Below, in pieces: positions 13,622 through 26,796 of a DNA stretch of 63,665 bases. How positions within the stretch are numbered: position 1 is the first letter of the stretch; each line of letters starts with the position of its first letter. Below the pieces are notes generated by a model. It was not told where the DNA came from. It made no database searches and was given only the letters and a program-made list of their open reading frames with translations. Origin of the DNA: Lama glama (lineage: Eukaryota); assembly GCA_028534125.1 (NCBI GenBank), contig CM052816.1:89902336-89966000 (forward strand), in the 5' to 3' direction. Position numbers and translations under genes: made by a program.

Positions 13622-15189
13622 AAAAGTTGTGTTTACACTATACTGTGGTCTGTTAGGTGTAAGACAGCATTATGTCTGAAAAAACAATTTACATACCTTT
13701 ATTAAAAAATAATATATTTGGAAAAATGGCATGAATAGGCTCACTAGACACAGGGTGGCCACAAACCTTAAATTTGTAAAATATGCAGTATTTGCAAAGT
13801 GTATAAATTGAAGCAAAGTAAAATGAGGTGTGCCTGTACAAGAAGAAATTATTCACAGTAGGATCTGATAAGTGCACTATTGTAAGAACCAATCAGACCT
13901 ATTAGATACGTGTGATTTATTATTAGACGTGTGATTTATTATTCATCTGATATCATAATGTCAATGATTTACTAGTTTCATCCTAAAGAACAACATTGCA
14001 AGAAAAACAGAAGTAAAACAAATCATGCTGTATATTTAGATGATTGGAGTCACAATGAGTGATTAGTTTTGATCTGAAAATATAAACATTTCCATCAACA
14101 AATAAAAAGCTACATGAACATTTTAGAAAAGAAAATTCTAAATTTTATTCGAGATTTGGGTAATAAAACATATCTGAGATTTTAAAGGGAACAAAGATTG
14201 ATCAACCAGAAGCCCATTCTTTAAGGTATATAAATTAAGTTAATGCATAGCTTTATATTATGTACTAATGTAGAGTTTCTCTTAGGATGGGAAACATGTT
14301 TTTATCAGCTTTTTTTTTGGATAATTACTATTAGAATTGTTTTATCTGTTTGGCATGATAAATTCTACTAATTTGAAATGTTTATATACTTGAAATTTTA
14401 TTTCTTAAAAGTCATTGTTATTTTTTCTAGTAAATTAAATCATCTCATGTTCATTTGTGTTTATGTATTATCTTCTCTCTCTTCTTTCCCTCAGGGTTAA
14501 GATCATTTAATGATCTACCCTGGTAAATAAAGTAGTTCTACAATAAACATTACATTTATTAATTTTATTTTTCACTCATGCAGTAAAGTACTAATAAATT
14601 ATTCTGAAATATAGTACGTTCTTTTTATACTGAATAAGCTGAATTAATCAAAAAATGCATTGAAAGAAATTTACTAGGAAATGAAATGATTCTGTGTAAC
14701 TATGGAAACTGCTTTTATTTTATTAATTTTTAAAACTTCTCTATGCCTTATATCTGCCCAATTAATAATATTGAATTATGCTTATTTATGGATAGGTAGA
14801 TTATTTTAACTTATTTGTCTCTGTATAGTATTAACATACTTTTTCTTTTCAATTTTAATGGTAAATGACAAATATCTAATGCTTAACATTTAAAATACAC
14901 TAATGAGTCACTATGTGCCTTAAGTCTATCAAAGAACCTATTCTCTTAATTAGGGACCATAGTATTTCTTAGTATTTTGTCTACATATGCTTAACAGAAG
15001 TATTATATAGGTAGTATTTTAAGTCACATTCTGATATAGTTGAGTCATTTCAATTTGGTGAAAACAAATTAAAATAAGATCTAACATGAGACATTCAATA
15101 TTAAGGCTTGTCCCATATTTGGCTTCAACAATAATAATAATAAAATTGATATTGATTATACAATATATGGCAATGATGACTATTTCTTT

Positions 15190-15303
15190 TTTCCCCTCAT
15201 TTATATATTTTTACTGAAGTACAGTCAGTTCACAATGTTGTGTCAATTTCTGGTGTACAGCACAATGCTTCAGTCATATAGGAGCGTACATATATTCGTT
15301 TTC
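15190..15303 (-). mobile_element. Young L1 3' end, 5'-truncated
   Basis: Perfect 14-bp TSD atgactatttcttt (15176-15189 / 15304-15317). Homologous to the ends of the L1s at 44328 and 57760. Confidence 0.88.
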
Positions 15304-17583
15304 ATGACTATTTCTTTAAACATCTTCTTGCATTTGTAAAACCATCTATTATGTGAGTGTTTTAAGTCTGTTTTATAGAGTCTGTCTGGATCCAAAGCTT
15401 GTGCTGTTTCCCATACAAAAAATTAACAATTACATGTATTGTGTATATTTCAAGGTTTTCTAACTATTATTCAACACTTACTTAAAATAATATAAAAAAC
15501 ATTATAAAAATATACTTCTGTCAATATGTTAATTCATGCAAACACATAACCCAGATCTACTCACTCAAAGCAAATAACTTGTGCTTTGCAAATTAAATGC
15601 ATTGTTCTTCCTCACAAAGATGCACTATGACCACCTTCTTATTCTCTCTCATCTCATCATCCAAAGCCTCTACACCCACTGCTTGTTGTATGCAGCTGTT
15701 CACAGCTGACTGAAGTTGGAGGAAGTGTTAAATTTCATAAGGGCAGACCAAGTACAGTTTAATAAAGAAAATATAATATATATAGTTTTATATTATATGT
15801 CTAGGTTGCACAAAATCTAAACACAAACCACTTTGCTTTTTTAAATATTTAATGATAGAAATCATTATAAAATCATTAATAGAAAAATCTATCCCAAGGT
15901 CACAGAAATATGTAGAGTCTTAAAATGTGATTAGTGTATTTTGCTTTTAATGTCTATGTGCAAATTAGTATTACACATTATCACTAAGAAATTATTTCCA
16001 CATGGTAAATATCCTCTATATAGAGCTACCTTGACTTGTAGATAGATAGCACCTTGACTATAAGAGATGTTTTTTCTCAAAATATGAATTACCAACCTGT
16101 AAATTTGGGATGATTAAGATATCTGTAGGAAAAAGAAGTCGTGTAGCCTGTAACTTTTTATTTCTTAAAGTATTTATTTTGCAAACACTGCCTTATAAAA
16201 TATTCATATTTCTTTTACCTTAACTTACAACCTGAAGTGGCAAAAGTGTGATCTCAGAAAATTTCACCTGTATTAATTAGCCTTAATGATTTTGTGTGTT
16301 ATTTACAAAGACAGTTACAAGTTGATGTTGAGACACATACAATAACTTGAATGAGGCATCACTGTCCCATTGTGATATACATCTCTCTCCCTAGCTAAGA
16401 TTGCACCGAACCTAAAATTTTCTTTTTCAGTACACTTGGATAACAATTTTCTGATGCAAAAGAATAAGCATTGGTTTAGTCCAAGCAAAATCAGCACTTA
16501 TAGACCCAGTGAGAAAATTGGATTTGCTTTGTGCCATTTTTTCTATGACAGATACATCACAAAGAAAATTGAAGTAGACCATTAGTCTTTTACTTCTTTA
16601 GGAGGATACTTACTAGATATATAGCCAAAAAACCCTAAAAAATTGGTGAAAGGTGTAGCAATGGAAAACCAATGAATATTCTGAAAAACACCACCAAGAA
16701 ATATGACAGCCTGCAATTAAAAATTAAATTGAACGAGTTTTCTGCGTTCCATAGACATTGAAATGCAAAAATATTGGAGTCTGTCTTAAAGAAATGATGT
16801 GTCGTCTATCAGCTATTTGAACTATGTAACTCTTTGGAACTCCTTAAAATCCTGAGAGGAAGATTCATCAGGTATTTACGTGAATGTGTGTTTTACATCT
16901 ACACAAAAGAAGCATTTATTTCTAGAGTAAAAGGAAATGAAGTTTTTAAAATAATAACATATGTTCCAAAGTAAAGATTTTTTTTAAAAAAAAATCATTA
17001 TTCTTGTAAAAATAAGAAGAATCCAAAGGCAGACACACATATAAACATTAGGGATGCTGAATGAATGTACAAATAGATACAAAGATAGAAAAAGTCTCAA
17101 TATGCATAAGATGCCAATAGCTAATCAATTGTGTTTCAGTGAAACAATTTGCATTCTCTCAGCAGCAATGAATTGGTTACTTTCAATTTTGAAAACTGAA
17201 AAAGATATCAAAGACAAGGAAAGGCTCAGAGCTTCTGTGGAATCAGAACAACCACAAGGACCATGCTTAGAAATGCTTTATTTTTCTCTAAAGATATTCA
17301 AAGATATTTTGATCCATTTCAGAGCTCCTACAATTTTTCCCTTTAATGCTCTTATTCAATATTATTTACTGCACAACTTTTTTTAGTGACTTAAACATAC
17401 CAGGTTCACTCCCATCTCTGCTCTCCTGGGAACTTCCATCACGCTGTCTCCTAGATTATTATTAGTTCTCCCCTTCCCTGAACTAGTTTAACTCTTACTC
17501 ACTCTCACATTTCACATCAAATGTCATTTTCACGGAAGTTTGCCTACATCTCCCTGAATAGTTTGTCTTTCTGCTTAATCTCA

Positions 17584-17682
17584 CTCTTTCTCTCTGCGTC
17601 TCAGTCTCTGTCTCTCAGTTTCTGTCTCTGTCTCTCAGTTTCTCTCTCTTTATCGATCTCCCTGAATCCTTCTCTCTCTCTC
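17584..17682. repeat. Imperfect (TC)n low-complexity tract
   Basis: Visible TC/TCTG repeats. Confidence 0.8.
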
Positions 17683-18131
17683 AATAAGAGTTATGCGCAT
17701 TCATACAAATCTTCTATTTTGCGTAAGTTGAATATATATTGGACATTAATCTTTGTAGCTGTTAAACATTACCTGCTCAAATAGTAAAGAATTTGTTTCA
17801 CAAATCAGTACTAGGTAGAGTGGAACTTATGTCAAAGATACAAAGCACTCATGACAACATCTATACATTGAAAGGGGAGTACGGACACTAAAATTAACCT
17901 CTTGGGAGTCAGGAAGCCATATTTGATTTTATAGCAGAACTGAGAGTAAAGTGATCTATCCTGAAAGTTCTTAGAGAAGCCTGGTGTGAAGTGAAATGTA
18001 AGAGAATAGCCTTACAAGAGAAAAGAAGCTCAAACAGTTTATTCCTGGCTTCACAATTCGGTAGCGTGGCCAGACTAATGACGGTGTCCATCTGAGCTCT
18101 GCCTTGACTGTTACAGAGCACGTGTGTGCAC

Positions 18132-18697
18132 TTTACCAGATCTGAGCTCCCGCAACATTAGGCCGATTATAAACTAGCTTCTATTGCTCCAAAGTTGTCC
18201 CTTTATACCCTGCTTTGTGACACTGGGGCTGCGACTCTGCAAATTACAACTCTCTTTACCAGCTGACTACGGGCCAGCCTTGGCTAATAGGTGGCATCCA
18301 GGAATCCTGGAAGACAGGCCGAGCGCAATGGCACCTGACTTCGTGTGTTCCTGCAGTCCCTGGCAGGTGCGCCACAGCACTCTCCAAACCAGCCTCGCTG
18401 TGTCCGATAAGCCAGTGAATTTCTCTGCTTTCTGAGAGATCTGAATCCAACTTCCATGAGAAACCTCTGCTGAGCTTCTAAATTCTAATTAATACCAAAT
18501 CATCCCTTTGTGGCCTCAGTCCTAGGGACAGAGGCTGCCCTGTAGCCTCTGGGTTATCATTTCTGGGCTACCTAAGTGACCTCTTTGTGTGCCTCCACGT
18601 CTCCAGTTCTGTACAAATCCTTATGCACAATTCACTCTGTGAAAATACGTAGTGGGGTTTATATTATCCTCGCTGTCCTACATGCCGTGACTAATTA
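18132..18697 (+). mobile_element. LTR41-like solo LTR (ERVL)
   Basis: taccagatct...aaactagct...ctggggctgcgactctgcaaa...ggctaataggtggca and 3' end gtgactaat match my recall of LTR41. Confidence 0.75.
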
Positions 18698-18786
18698 TCT
18701 CTTACAAATGTAATTAAACACCCCAACATCTCAAACCCAGGCTACCACTATCACTTATACAGCTTGGAAAACAAACTGACCACACA

Positions 18787-19286
18787 NNNNNNNNNNNNNN
18801 NNNNNNNNNNNNNNNNNNNNNNNNNNNNNNNNNNNNNNNNNNNNNNNNNNNNNNNNNNNNNNNNNNNNNNNNNNNNNNNNNNNNNNNNNNNNNNNNNNNN
18901 NNNNNNNNNNNNNNNNNNNNNNNNNNNNNNNNNNNNNNNNNNNNNNNNNNNNNNNNNNNNNNNNNNNNNNNNNNNNNNNNNNNNNNNNNNNNNNNNNNNN
19001 NNNNNNNNNNNNNNNNNNNNNNNNNNNNNNNNNNNNNNNNNNNNNNNNNNNNNNNNNNNNNNNNNNNNNNNNNNNNNNNNNNNNNNNNNNNNNNNNNNNN
19101 NNNNNNNNNNNNNNNNNNNNNNNNNNNNNNNNNNNNNNNNNNNNNNNNNNNNNNNNNNNNNNNNNNNNNNNNNNNNNNNNNNNNNNNNNNNNNNNNNNNN
19201 NNNNNNNNNNNNNNNNNNNNNNNNNNNNNNNNNNNNNNNNNNNNNNNNNNNNNNNNNNNNNNNNNNNNNNNNNNNNNNNNNNNNNN
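18787..19286. other. Assembly gap (500 N)
   Basis: Run of exactly 500 N. Confidence 1.
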
Positions 19287-19809
19287 GAGCCACTGGAATA
19301 TTCAATGTCTCCCAATATGAATTATGATCAATTGTTTTTATTTCAAAAATATTGTACTTGGTTGAGTTGTTTCTTTCCCACTCTATAACTGATCACCTCA
19401 GTGACTTAATAATTCAAGTGTTTATTGTTCAGAAATAAGATAGAAGGTCAGTGCCTTTGCTGTAAACTATAGTTAGGTGTCTTAAACATGTATAAATATA
19501 AGGAATATGGTTACTCCAGAGAGATAACTGCAGTAGAAACAGAAGCTGGGGGACAGTGAAGGGAAAATTAGATGTAGCCAGTGTGGCTGGAGGATAATGC
19601 TTATTATATAAGAGTAATACTGAAGGACAGTGATAAAAATGTAGAATGAGGCCAAACTGCAGCGGATCTCAAATTGATTTAACAGTCATACTGTTGAGTA
19701 GCACAAGCGTATCCATCATCACTCTCAGAAACTGAATATTACAGTGTACTGACAATAAAAACAAGGTTTGCATCTGCTGCAGGAGTCAGAGAAGGGTGCC
19801 ACTGACACC

Positions 19810-20253
19810 TGCAGTGGCACTGTGAGCACATTTTGGATCTCCCTTCCAAGGTGGAAACACTTGTGGCCTGGCTGTCAGGGTTGTCAGCTCCTGACACCAT
19901 AGACCCAATTGTTGCTGCTATTTCCAAACTCACGGGAGCTCCCTCACCCAAGGTTACAAAACCTTCCCCAGGACAGCACATACCAATGACTGATTGATAC
20001 GGGAACACGGAGGACCAGCCACAGGCGCTCAACAAAGAGGTCTCCATGAGATGTAGCTCAGAGCTCTACGTGTTATCAGCCAGCTGAAGATCCTGCTGTC
20101 ATTGCATCACAGTCAAAAATTCTCCCTCTGCCCCATCTTGGGTCCCCCTGCTTCTCTTCCTTGCATGTGTTAATTCAGAGAGGATTGAACTAACTGGACC
20201 TGCATGCAGATCTTTCCCTCAGAAATTTTTCCCAGGAAACCAAACCTCAGAGA
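19810..20253 (+). mobile_element. LTR16-type 5' LTR (ERVL)
   Basis: ccctcacccaaggttaca, ccaatgactgattgatacgg, ttgcatcacag...ctccctctgccc, cctgcatgcagatct...ccaggaaacc. Followed by a PBS-like tggagtcaagtgtgg. Confidence 0.8.
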
Positions 20254-23200
20254 TTTGGAGTCAAGTGTGGTCCTAGGAAGGAGACCCTAAAATGTGACGT
20301 TGGAGCTGCAGCCCCTGCCAGCAGATGCACCGTGAGAGCCCCATCGCCAGTTGAAGACAGAACAGGATCTCAGCCCGAATCATGCTGCAGTGTGGCCACA
20401 AAGCTGCTGCAGGGCAACTGTGAAAACTTCTGCTGCTGGTGCATCGCGCGGCGGGAAGCGGAGAAGACCACCCGATGGGTGTGACATCTTAAGCATTTGT
20501 GCACGTGTAAGAGATGCTCACTGCAAAGACTGAAGATTCATATTTTGACGAGCTGGGAGCTGTGAGAGCCTTGCAGGGAAACAGTGGGAGGCTCAGTGCG
20601 ATTAATCAAACCCAGGAAGCAGAATGTGAAAGCCAGGGGGCTCCTCGGCAGCTTATAATGCAACTCTCATCTCTTATACTCTCAGGGCAGAAAAAAATGT
20701 GAGGATCAAGTCCAGGGCAAAATATAGGGTTAACAGAGCTTAGCAGAAGGTTGAGTCATCAAAGCAAGCAGGTCAACTATGAAAATGTCAAGTTCCTAAT
20801 GTGACATGTGATTCTGAAGTTTGGGCTGGGAACATCTCGGCTCTGCACTTGAATGTATTGAAACCCAGTATTTCTTGTTTCTTCTGGGCCTGCAAATGTG
20901 GTCCACTCCTTCTTATAAAAGTAAAGGGCTTCCCTCGTGCATCCCCCTTTGACTTCACCTCTTCTCCTGGCCATCAGGCCATTAACTAAGGTAAAATCGC
21001 AACATAACCCTGTCATGGAGATGCTAGATCACAACAGGAGCAAAGGAACAATGCCATAAAGGGGCCAAGGACCTAGTTAACACTGATTGACAGTATCTAA
21101 TGGAGTTTGCATAGGGCTGGATTCTGAGCTGGCCAGAACAAGGGGAGATGGCAGGATATAAAACTGGGTAAAGGAGAGGTTAACTGTATGAAAGCACTCC
21201 TCTGTGATCCAGAAGCTAATATTATAACGGAGTCTCAGAAGCCAGTGCAAATATGCTGCAGGATGACTTTCAAAAGCTTGAAAGACATGATGATCCACAC
21301 TAAGTGAGACAGAAGTCTCAAAATGGCACAGAGGGGAAGAAGTGTTCAAAGAAAGTGGAATGACATATAAGACAAGGAACTCCATCACTCAACTATGTTC
21401 TGTAGCAGGACCTGGAAGACAACACATTTACCACAATGTTTAGTGAAACACAGCTGAGAGGGGCCCCAGCATCATAGACAAGCTCATTAGTGGCTTTCTT
21501 TAGTGAGGGCTGAAGGGATGAGATGTTGCTGCAGACTGGGATTCCCTGATAACGAGGATATAGATCTCTCAAATCATAGAGGTCAGAAGGTGGTGACTCT
21601 TAATCAGAAGTAAGATGAGCAAAATTATTTTAATGAGTAGCAACATCTGATTGGCACCAAGAGGGTGTCTGACCTGCAATGAGTTTTAAGGATGGTTAAA
21701 AAAAATCCCACAAGCCTAGGGCAAGAATGATGCATATTCAACAAAAGAAGTGTTTCACATATAGGAAGAAATCAAGGATGTATGGTTCAGAAGGTTGAAT
21801 GCAGCTTATTCAGTTAAAAACCATCTCAATAACTTGTCTAGTTTTATTATTGTTATTATCATTTAACGCAGTTTCCAGACTCAGAACCCTGTGACTAAAG
21901 GATGTCCAACTCTCCAGAAGAAAGGATGCTATAATGCCATACCAATGAATGTGGTAACGGTCCAACTTATTCTTTCCTAAAGTGAAATATAGCCTTTACA
22001 AGAGTATCTGCCAACTGGGGAAATGTAAAAACTCAGCTATTCTGAGAAATGTGGATAGAGGGTTAAAGCTGACATTACTACACAAGAAATGAAATATCAC
22101 CATGGTCTCCTATTAAAGGGGGATGTTAGTTTTCTACGGCTGCTGTAACACATTATTGCAATCTTGGGGGCTTACAGTAGAACACACTTATTATCTTATA
22201 GTTCTAGAAGTTAGATATTTGAAATAGGTCTCACTGTTCTCACCCAGGTTATTGCCAAGTTTGTGCTCCTTTCTGAAGGCTTTAGGGGAGAATTGTTTTG
22301 TTTTTTTTTTGCCTTTCCATCCTCTAGAAGCCACCCACCTACCCACATTCTGTGGCTCATAACCCTCTTCTTCCAACTTCAAGCCAGCAACACATGATTG
22401 AATTCACACACATACTTCTTTGGCTTTGATTCCAAAATGTCAGCATATTTCCTCTGTCTCTTTTTTCCATTTTTAAGGATTTCTATAATTGCATTGGGTC
22501 ACCCCAGGTAATTCAAAATAATTGTCCCATCTCCAGCTGATTAGCGACCTTAATTTCATCTTCCCCTTAATTCCCTATTACTATATAACAACATATGTCC
22601 AGAGTCTAGTGCTTAGGACACAAACATCTTTAGGGTGTTTTTTTTCCTGCCCACCACAGACAGGTAACATATTGATCTGGTAACAAATATAGAACCATGT
22701 CTGGTCTGGTTTATGGTGAGTCAATAGGTCTATGGAACAACTCAGTAGTCATTTCCCTAGTCTCCAAGTTCATAACTGAGACAGACACATTTTATTTTAT
22801 CATTGGCAGAACCACCCTGTGATTTTTCTTGGTCTATGAACAAGGAGCTAATATAATGGGGAAGGCCAAGTAGAAGTCTCCGAAATCACCCAGGTTATTG
22901 TTCAAGAGAAGAGACTCAAAACAATATTACATCCAAGGGAAATGACTCTCTACTAAACCTACCTTAAAGACCCACATGATTCAGTGATTGTGTCTTCCAC
23001 TGCATCCCCATTTAATTCACTCTTTTGGCCCCTACAAACCAAATGGACCTGGAAGATGACTTGGCATCATATAAACTCAACCAAGATGAAGTCCTACTTG
23101 AAGCTCTTCTGCCAGTCAACATGGATTGAGATATGTGGTGTACAATCATCACCTTTTCCTTCCCAATGAGAAAGAATGATTAGAAGCAGTTCAAAGTCAT

Positions 23201-23880
23201 ATGAGATAGACAGCACTATACAGCTACATTCTTGCCTCAGAACTACATTAACTCCTTCACCTTTGTAGAAATTTAGTTCAAAAGGAACTAGACCATACGT
23301 TCAGCCCACAGAATAACATAGTGTCCACTATTTTTATTATATTGTGTTGTTTGGACCAAATGACCAAGAAGTACATATATTAAGGGTCTTAAAGAGCTAT
23401 ACGTGCTTCAGAGATTGAAAGATTAAAAACTAAGAAGATTTAGGAGGACATCAACGAGGTTTTGGGGAATGAATTATTTGGGAATGCTGAAAACTTCCCT
23501 CCAAATAAAATCCGAATCATTTACTGCATATTAAATTTTCCTCCACTAAGAAAGAAGAGATTTCTTGTTAGGTTTCTTCAGGTAGTGGCAGCATCTTACC
23601 ACAGATCTGGGAATGTAGTTCCAAATCAATTACTGCATGACAAAGATGGCTGTCACTTTGAATGAGACACAGAGGAAAGCACTGTGCAGCAGGGCCAGGC
23701 TGAAGTGCAAGCACACTGCTTTTTGCTGTGTACAACAGGGAGATGCTACTGTAACTGTGGTGTCTATGGCAGGATATGACACTGTTAGAGTTTATGACAA
23801 AAGCCAATAGAAGAATCTCTATGAAGACCACTAGTGTGATCTCTGTGGCCAAAACAATGTCTTGTTATCTGTATCACTGA
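20254..23880 (+). mobile_element. Decayed ERVL internal region (ERV3-16A3-like; gag/pro/pol relic)
   Basis: 22984-23169 translates IVSSTASPFNSLFWPLQ..WKMT, matching the ERVL RT motif SPFNSPIWPV..WRMT. ~23322 reads VHYFYYIVLFGP, a decayed VHYIDDIMLIG. Multiple stops and frameshifts. Confidence 0.8.
22124..22658 (-). mobile_element. MLT1 (MaLR) solo LTR nested in the ERVL
   Basis: tgttagttttcta.ggctgctgtaaca...gttctagaag...cctgcccaccaca, canonical MLT1 termini. Confidence 0.85.
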
Positions 23881-23899
23881 AACATATATCACTTGAAAA

Positions 23900-24560
23900 A
23901 CAGGAAAACTTTGGGGATCTTTATTTCAGAAAGAAAAGGAGGAAAAGGGACCAGATTTACCCTTCTATTTGATGAAACAACAATAAAATGTATTAGAAAA
24001 GTTGTTTTCAAAATCTAGCCATCAAGAAATGAAGAATAATGATCCCTGAGAGGAGGGGAGTAAACAAGGGGGGCCCTGCAATTGCCTAAGTTTATTGCCT
24101 TGGGAGACTTTTTGTATCTATTGTTACAAAGACTTTCACGTGAATATTCATAGTAGCTTCATCTGTAACAGCCAAAGAGTGGAAACGATCCAAAGGTTGA
24201 TCAACAGAAGAGTTAATAAACAAAATGTGTAATATCCAGACAATGGAATCTCTTTCATTAGCAATAAAAACCAACAATCTATTGACACACATTGCAACAT
24301 GGATGAATTTCCTTACAACTATGTTGAGTGAAAGAAATCAGACAAAAAAGAGAGTATACTCTTATGACTCCACTTATGTAACATTTCAGATATGAAAACT
24401 AATCTATGATGACAGAAATCAGACTGATGTTTGCTTAAGGATGAGTGAGGCAGAGGGAGACGGGGGGTGATCATAAGTGGGCATGAGGAAAATCGGGGTT
24501 GGGGACGAAATGTTCACTATCTTGCTTGTGTCAATGGTTTATTTGTATATATTTTAACTA
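23900..24560 (+). mobile_element. Old L1 fragments (5'-end-like piece ~23900-24090 joined to 3' end ~24110-24560, L1MC/MD-like)
   Basis: gaatattcatagtagcttcat..aacagccaaa, caacatggatgaat, aaactaatctatgatgacagaaatcaga. Confidence 0.7.
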
Positions 24561-25769
24561 TTTTCTAGAAAAACTATACATAATAATTACATTTACCAAA
24601 TTAAACACTCATAAGTAGTTTCAAAAATTTAAAAGGCAACTATTTATTCATCATTATAAAACAAAAAGAGTGCCACTAATAACCCAGATTTCTCATTTGA
24701 GGACTCCTATTTCCAGAGTGCCAATGTTAGCAGGATGGACATGGATTCTCTCTGAGGATCTGAATGATTGCACGCAGGCAGGTAATGCATTCTTCTAGAT
24801 AGTAAGTCTTTTCCAAGGTCTGCTCTGGACTTCTATCATAGCTTTAGCAGGTTTAATTCTCAGAGGGCCTTCCTAACAGTTTGTTGCACCTCTAGTATGC
24901 CAGCATCGATTTATGAATGTGATGTAGAGCTTTTATTATGCCCTCTCAGATCCCCTTCATCAGATCAGAAACTAGCTTAGCAAACTAACCCCTCTTCTCT
25001 GAACTATTACAAGTAAATGGGAGGAGAGGGTGTTGATTTGTGGAGAGAAAAGAGCCTTTGAGTAGGACCTATCTATTTTTCACCTATCTTCTAAGTACCC
25101 TTTTCTCTTGATGGCTGAATGACTTACTGACGAATCTACTCCATCACACTTGAGATGATTATTTCATTAAATGAAAATCTCTTCCACTCTGGCTTCCTTG
25201 ATTGGTTCAGAGTTACCTCTGATACACATACACTGTCTAACAGTAACCTAGGTTAAATGGATTTTCTTTTTCTTAAAAGAAAAAAAATTCTCAGAGAATA
25301 ATTTGCATATAGAGTCTGTCACCTGTTTTATATTTTCATTTCTATCATAATCGCAAACAGAATTTTAACCCTATGTATTATGTTAATATTGTACAAGTGC
25401 CAGATGATTCCACTTCAACATTCCATGATAGACAAAGATTCCTGCTCCATCACTTGTGGTGGTGATGTCTCTTCAAAAGGCTCAGGGAACAAACAGAATG
25501 CAGTACAGTTCTAGATGACATATTACAAAGTGTGTGTATGTTTATATTCATTCTGGTGGTACATTCACATAGATTTGATGTAATGGAACACCTTTTCCAG
25601 GAGACATTAAACTCTTTCACTAAAATGTCTTTATCTTGGTAGATTTAATGGCACTATGTCATTCAGTTCTAAAGCAAGACTATTTACAGCAACATATGTA
25701 TCCTTAGAAGAGTAACATATTATTCTATATATAATAGAATTATATATACGATCTATAGAGTCTCTTGAC

Positions 25770-25880
25770 AACCTATTAGCTGTGTGAACCTGAAAGGTAA
25801 TCAATTAATATCATTAAATTTGAATTTTCTCTTTTGTAGGGATTACAGTGACTAATTCGTAGTATTATTGTGAAATTTTT
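25770..25880 (+). mobile_element. MIR relic
   Basis: ttagctgtgtgaacct...ttttctc...gtattattgtgaaa core motif. Confidence 0.5.
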
Positions 25881-26703
25881 GAAAGAAAACATTGTTACCT
25901 GATATCTATGGAAAAGAAAAAGAATTAGATCTTGCCTCCAAAATATCCAGCCTATGTGGGGTCATTCCTCAACTGAAAGAAGTCAATTAGTTAAAAAGAC
26001 TAAATGAACAAACAATGGAATACATAAATAAATAAATATAATTAAAAATCTTGTTTAGGTCAGGGTCCCTTTCTTCTGTGCTGGTTAAATCAAAGAGCAT
26101 TTGGAATAAAATTGGTCTCAAACAATTAATGGTTGCTTATGTCCTAATTTGGAGTTTCCATAGGAGGAATAAAGAGTAGCAAGAAAATATAAAGCATCGT
26201 GAAAAGGAACCAAGAAGACATATGCAATGCCTCAAACCACTAAATATCTATTAAAACATACAAAGAATCCCCATGTTTAAAAAAAAGGAAATAAATAAAA
26301 TCTGGTGTTACAACTAAATCTCTAAATAAGACCAAAAGACTATTCTCAATATTTCACTAAGAAGAAACAGGAATGAGAGGAATTACATGATTTTTACAAG
26401 GTCACTCTTCCACGATTGATTTGGTAAGGAGAAATCCCAGGTCACTAGACATCAGAATTAATACTTTCCACAAGAATGAAGTACCCCTACCACTTTTGGG
26501 ACCCAAGTACAGTGAACCTTTTGCATAACTTAGGATGTTTTCATTTGTCACTTAAAACTTGCTACGTTGAGGTTTATTTCTGTTTTTTTGAAAGGACTTT
26601 AATAAAGTCATCGCACAAAGAATGTAAGAGAAGTACACAACCCACTGTCCAGCATGAGGATTTTCCTGGATTTTGCTCTGAGAATCTTCATTGATCCATT
26701 CTA

Positions 26704-26796
26704 CAGGGGAAAGGATGTGGGAGGAGATAAATTTGGGAGTTTGAGATTTACAAATGTTAGCACAGGGAACTATGTTCAATATCTTGTAATAACCTT
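26704..26796 (+). mobile_element. Young L1 3'UTR fragment, internally deleted, no tail
   Basis: Matches the reverse complement of ~44445-44585 with a ~55-bp piece missing. Confidence 0.75.

Larger units (their letters stand above)
13260..13836 (+). mobile_element. Internally deleted Tigger1 (TcMar) DNA transposon carrying two L1 insertions
   Basis: TIRs caggtatgcct...aggtgtgcctg followed by TA. Tigger1 5' motifs (gttccagaccacc, ggtttccca, cactatactgt) joined to 3' motifs (gccacaaacct..aatttgtaaaa). Confidence 0.88.

Noticed and set aside
17054..17386. 110-aa ORF
   Set aside because: No recognisable homology or exon boundaries; a length expected by chance.
18751..19327. Long ORFs (184-187 aa)
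   Set aside because: Artefacts of translating through the N gap.
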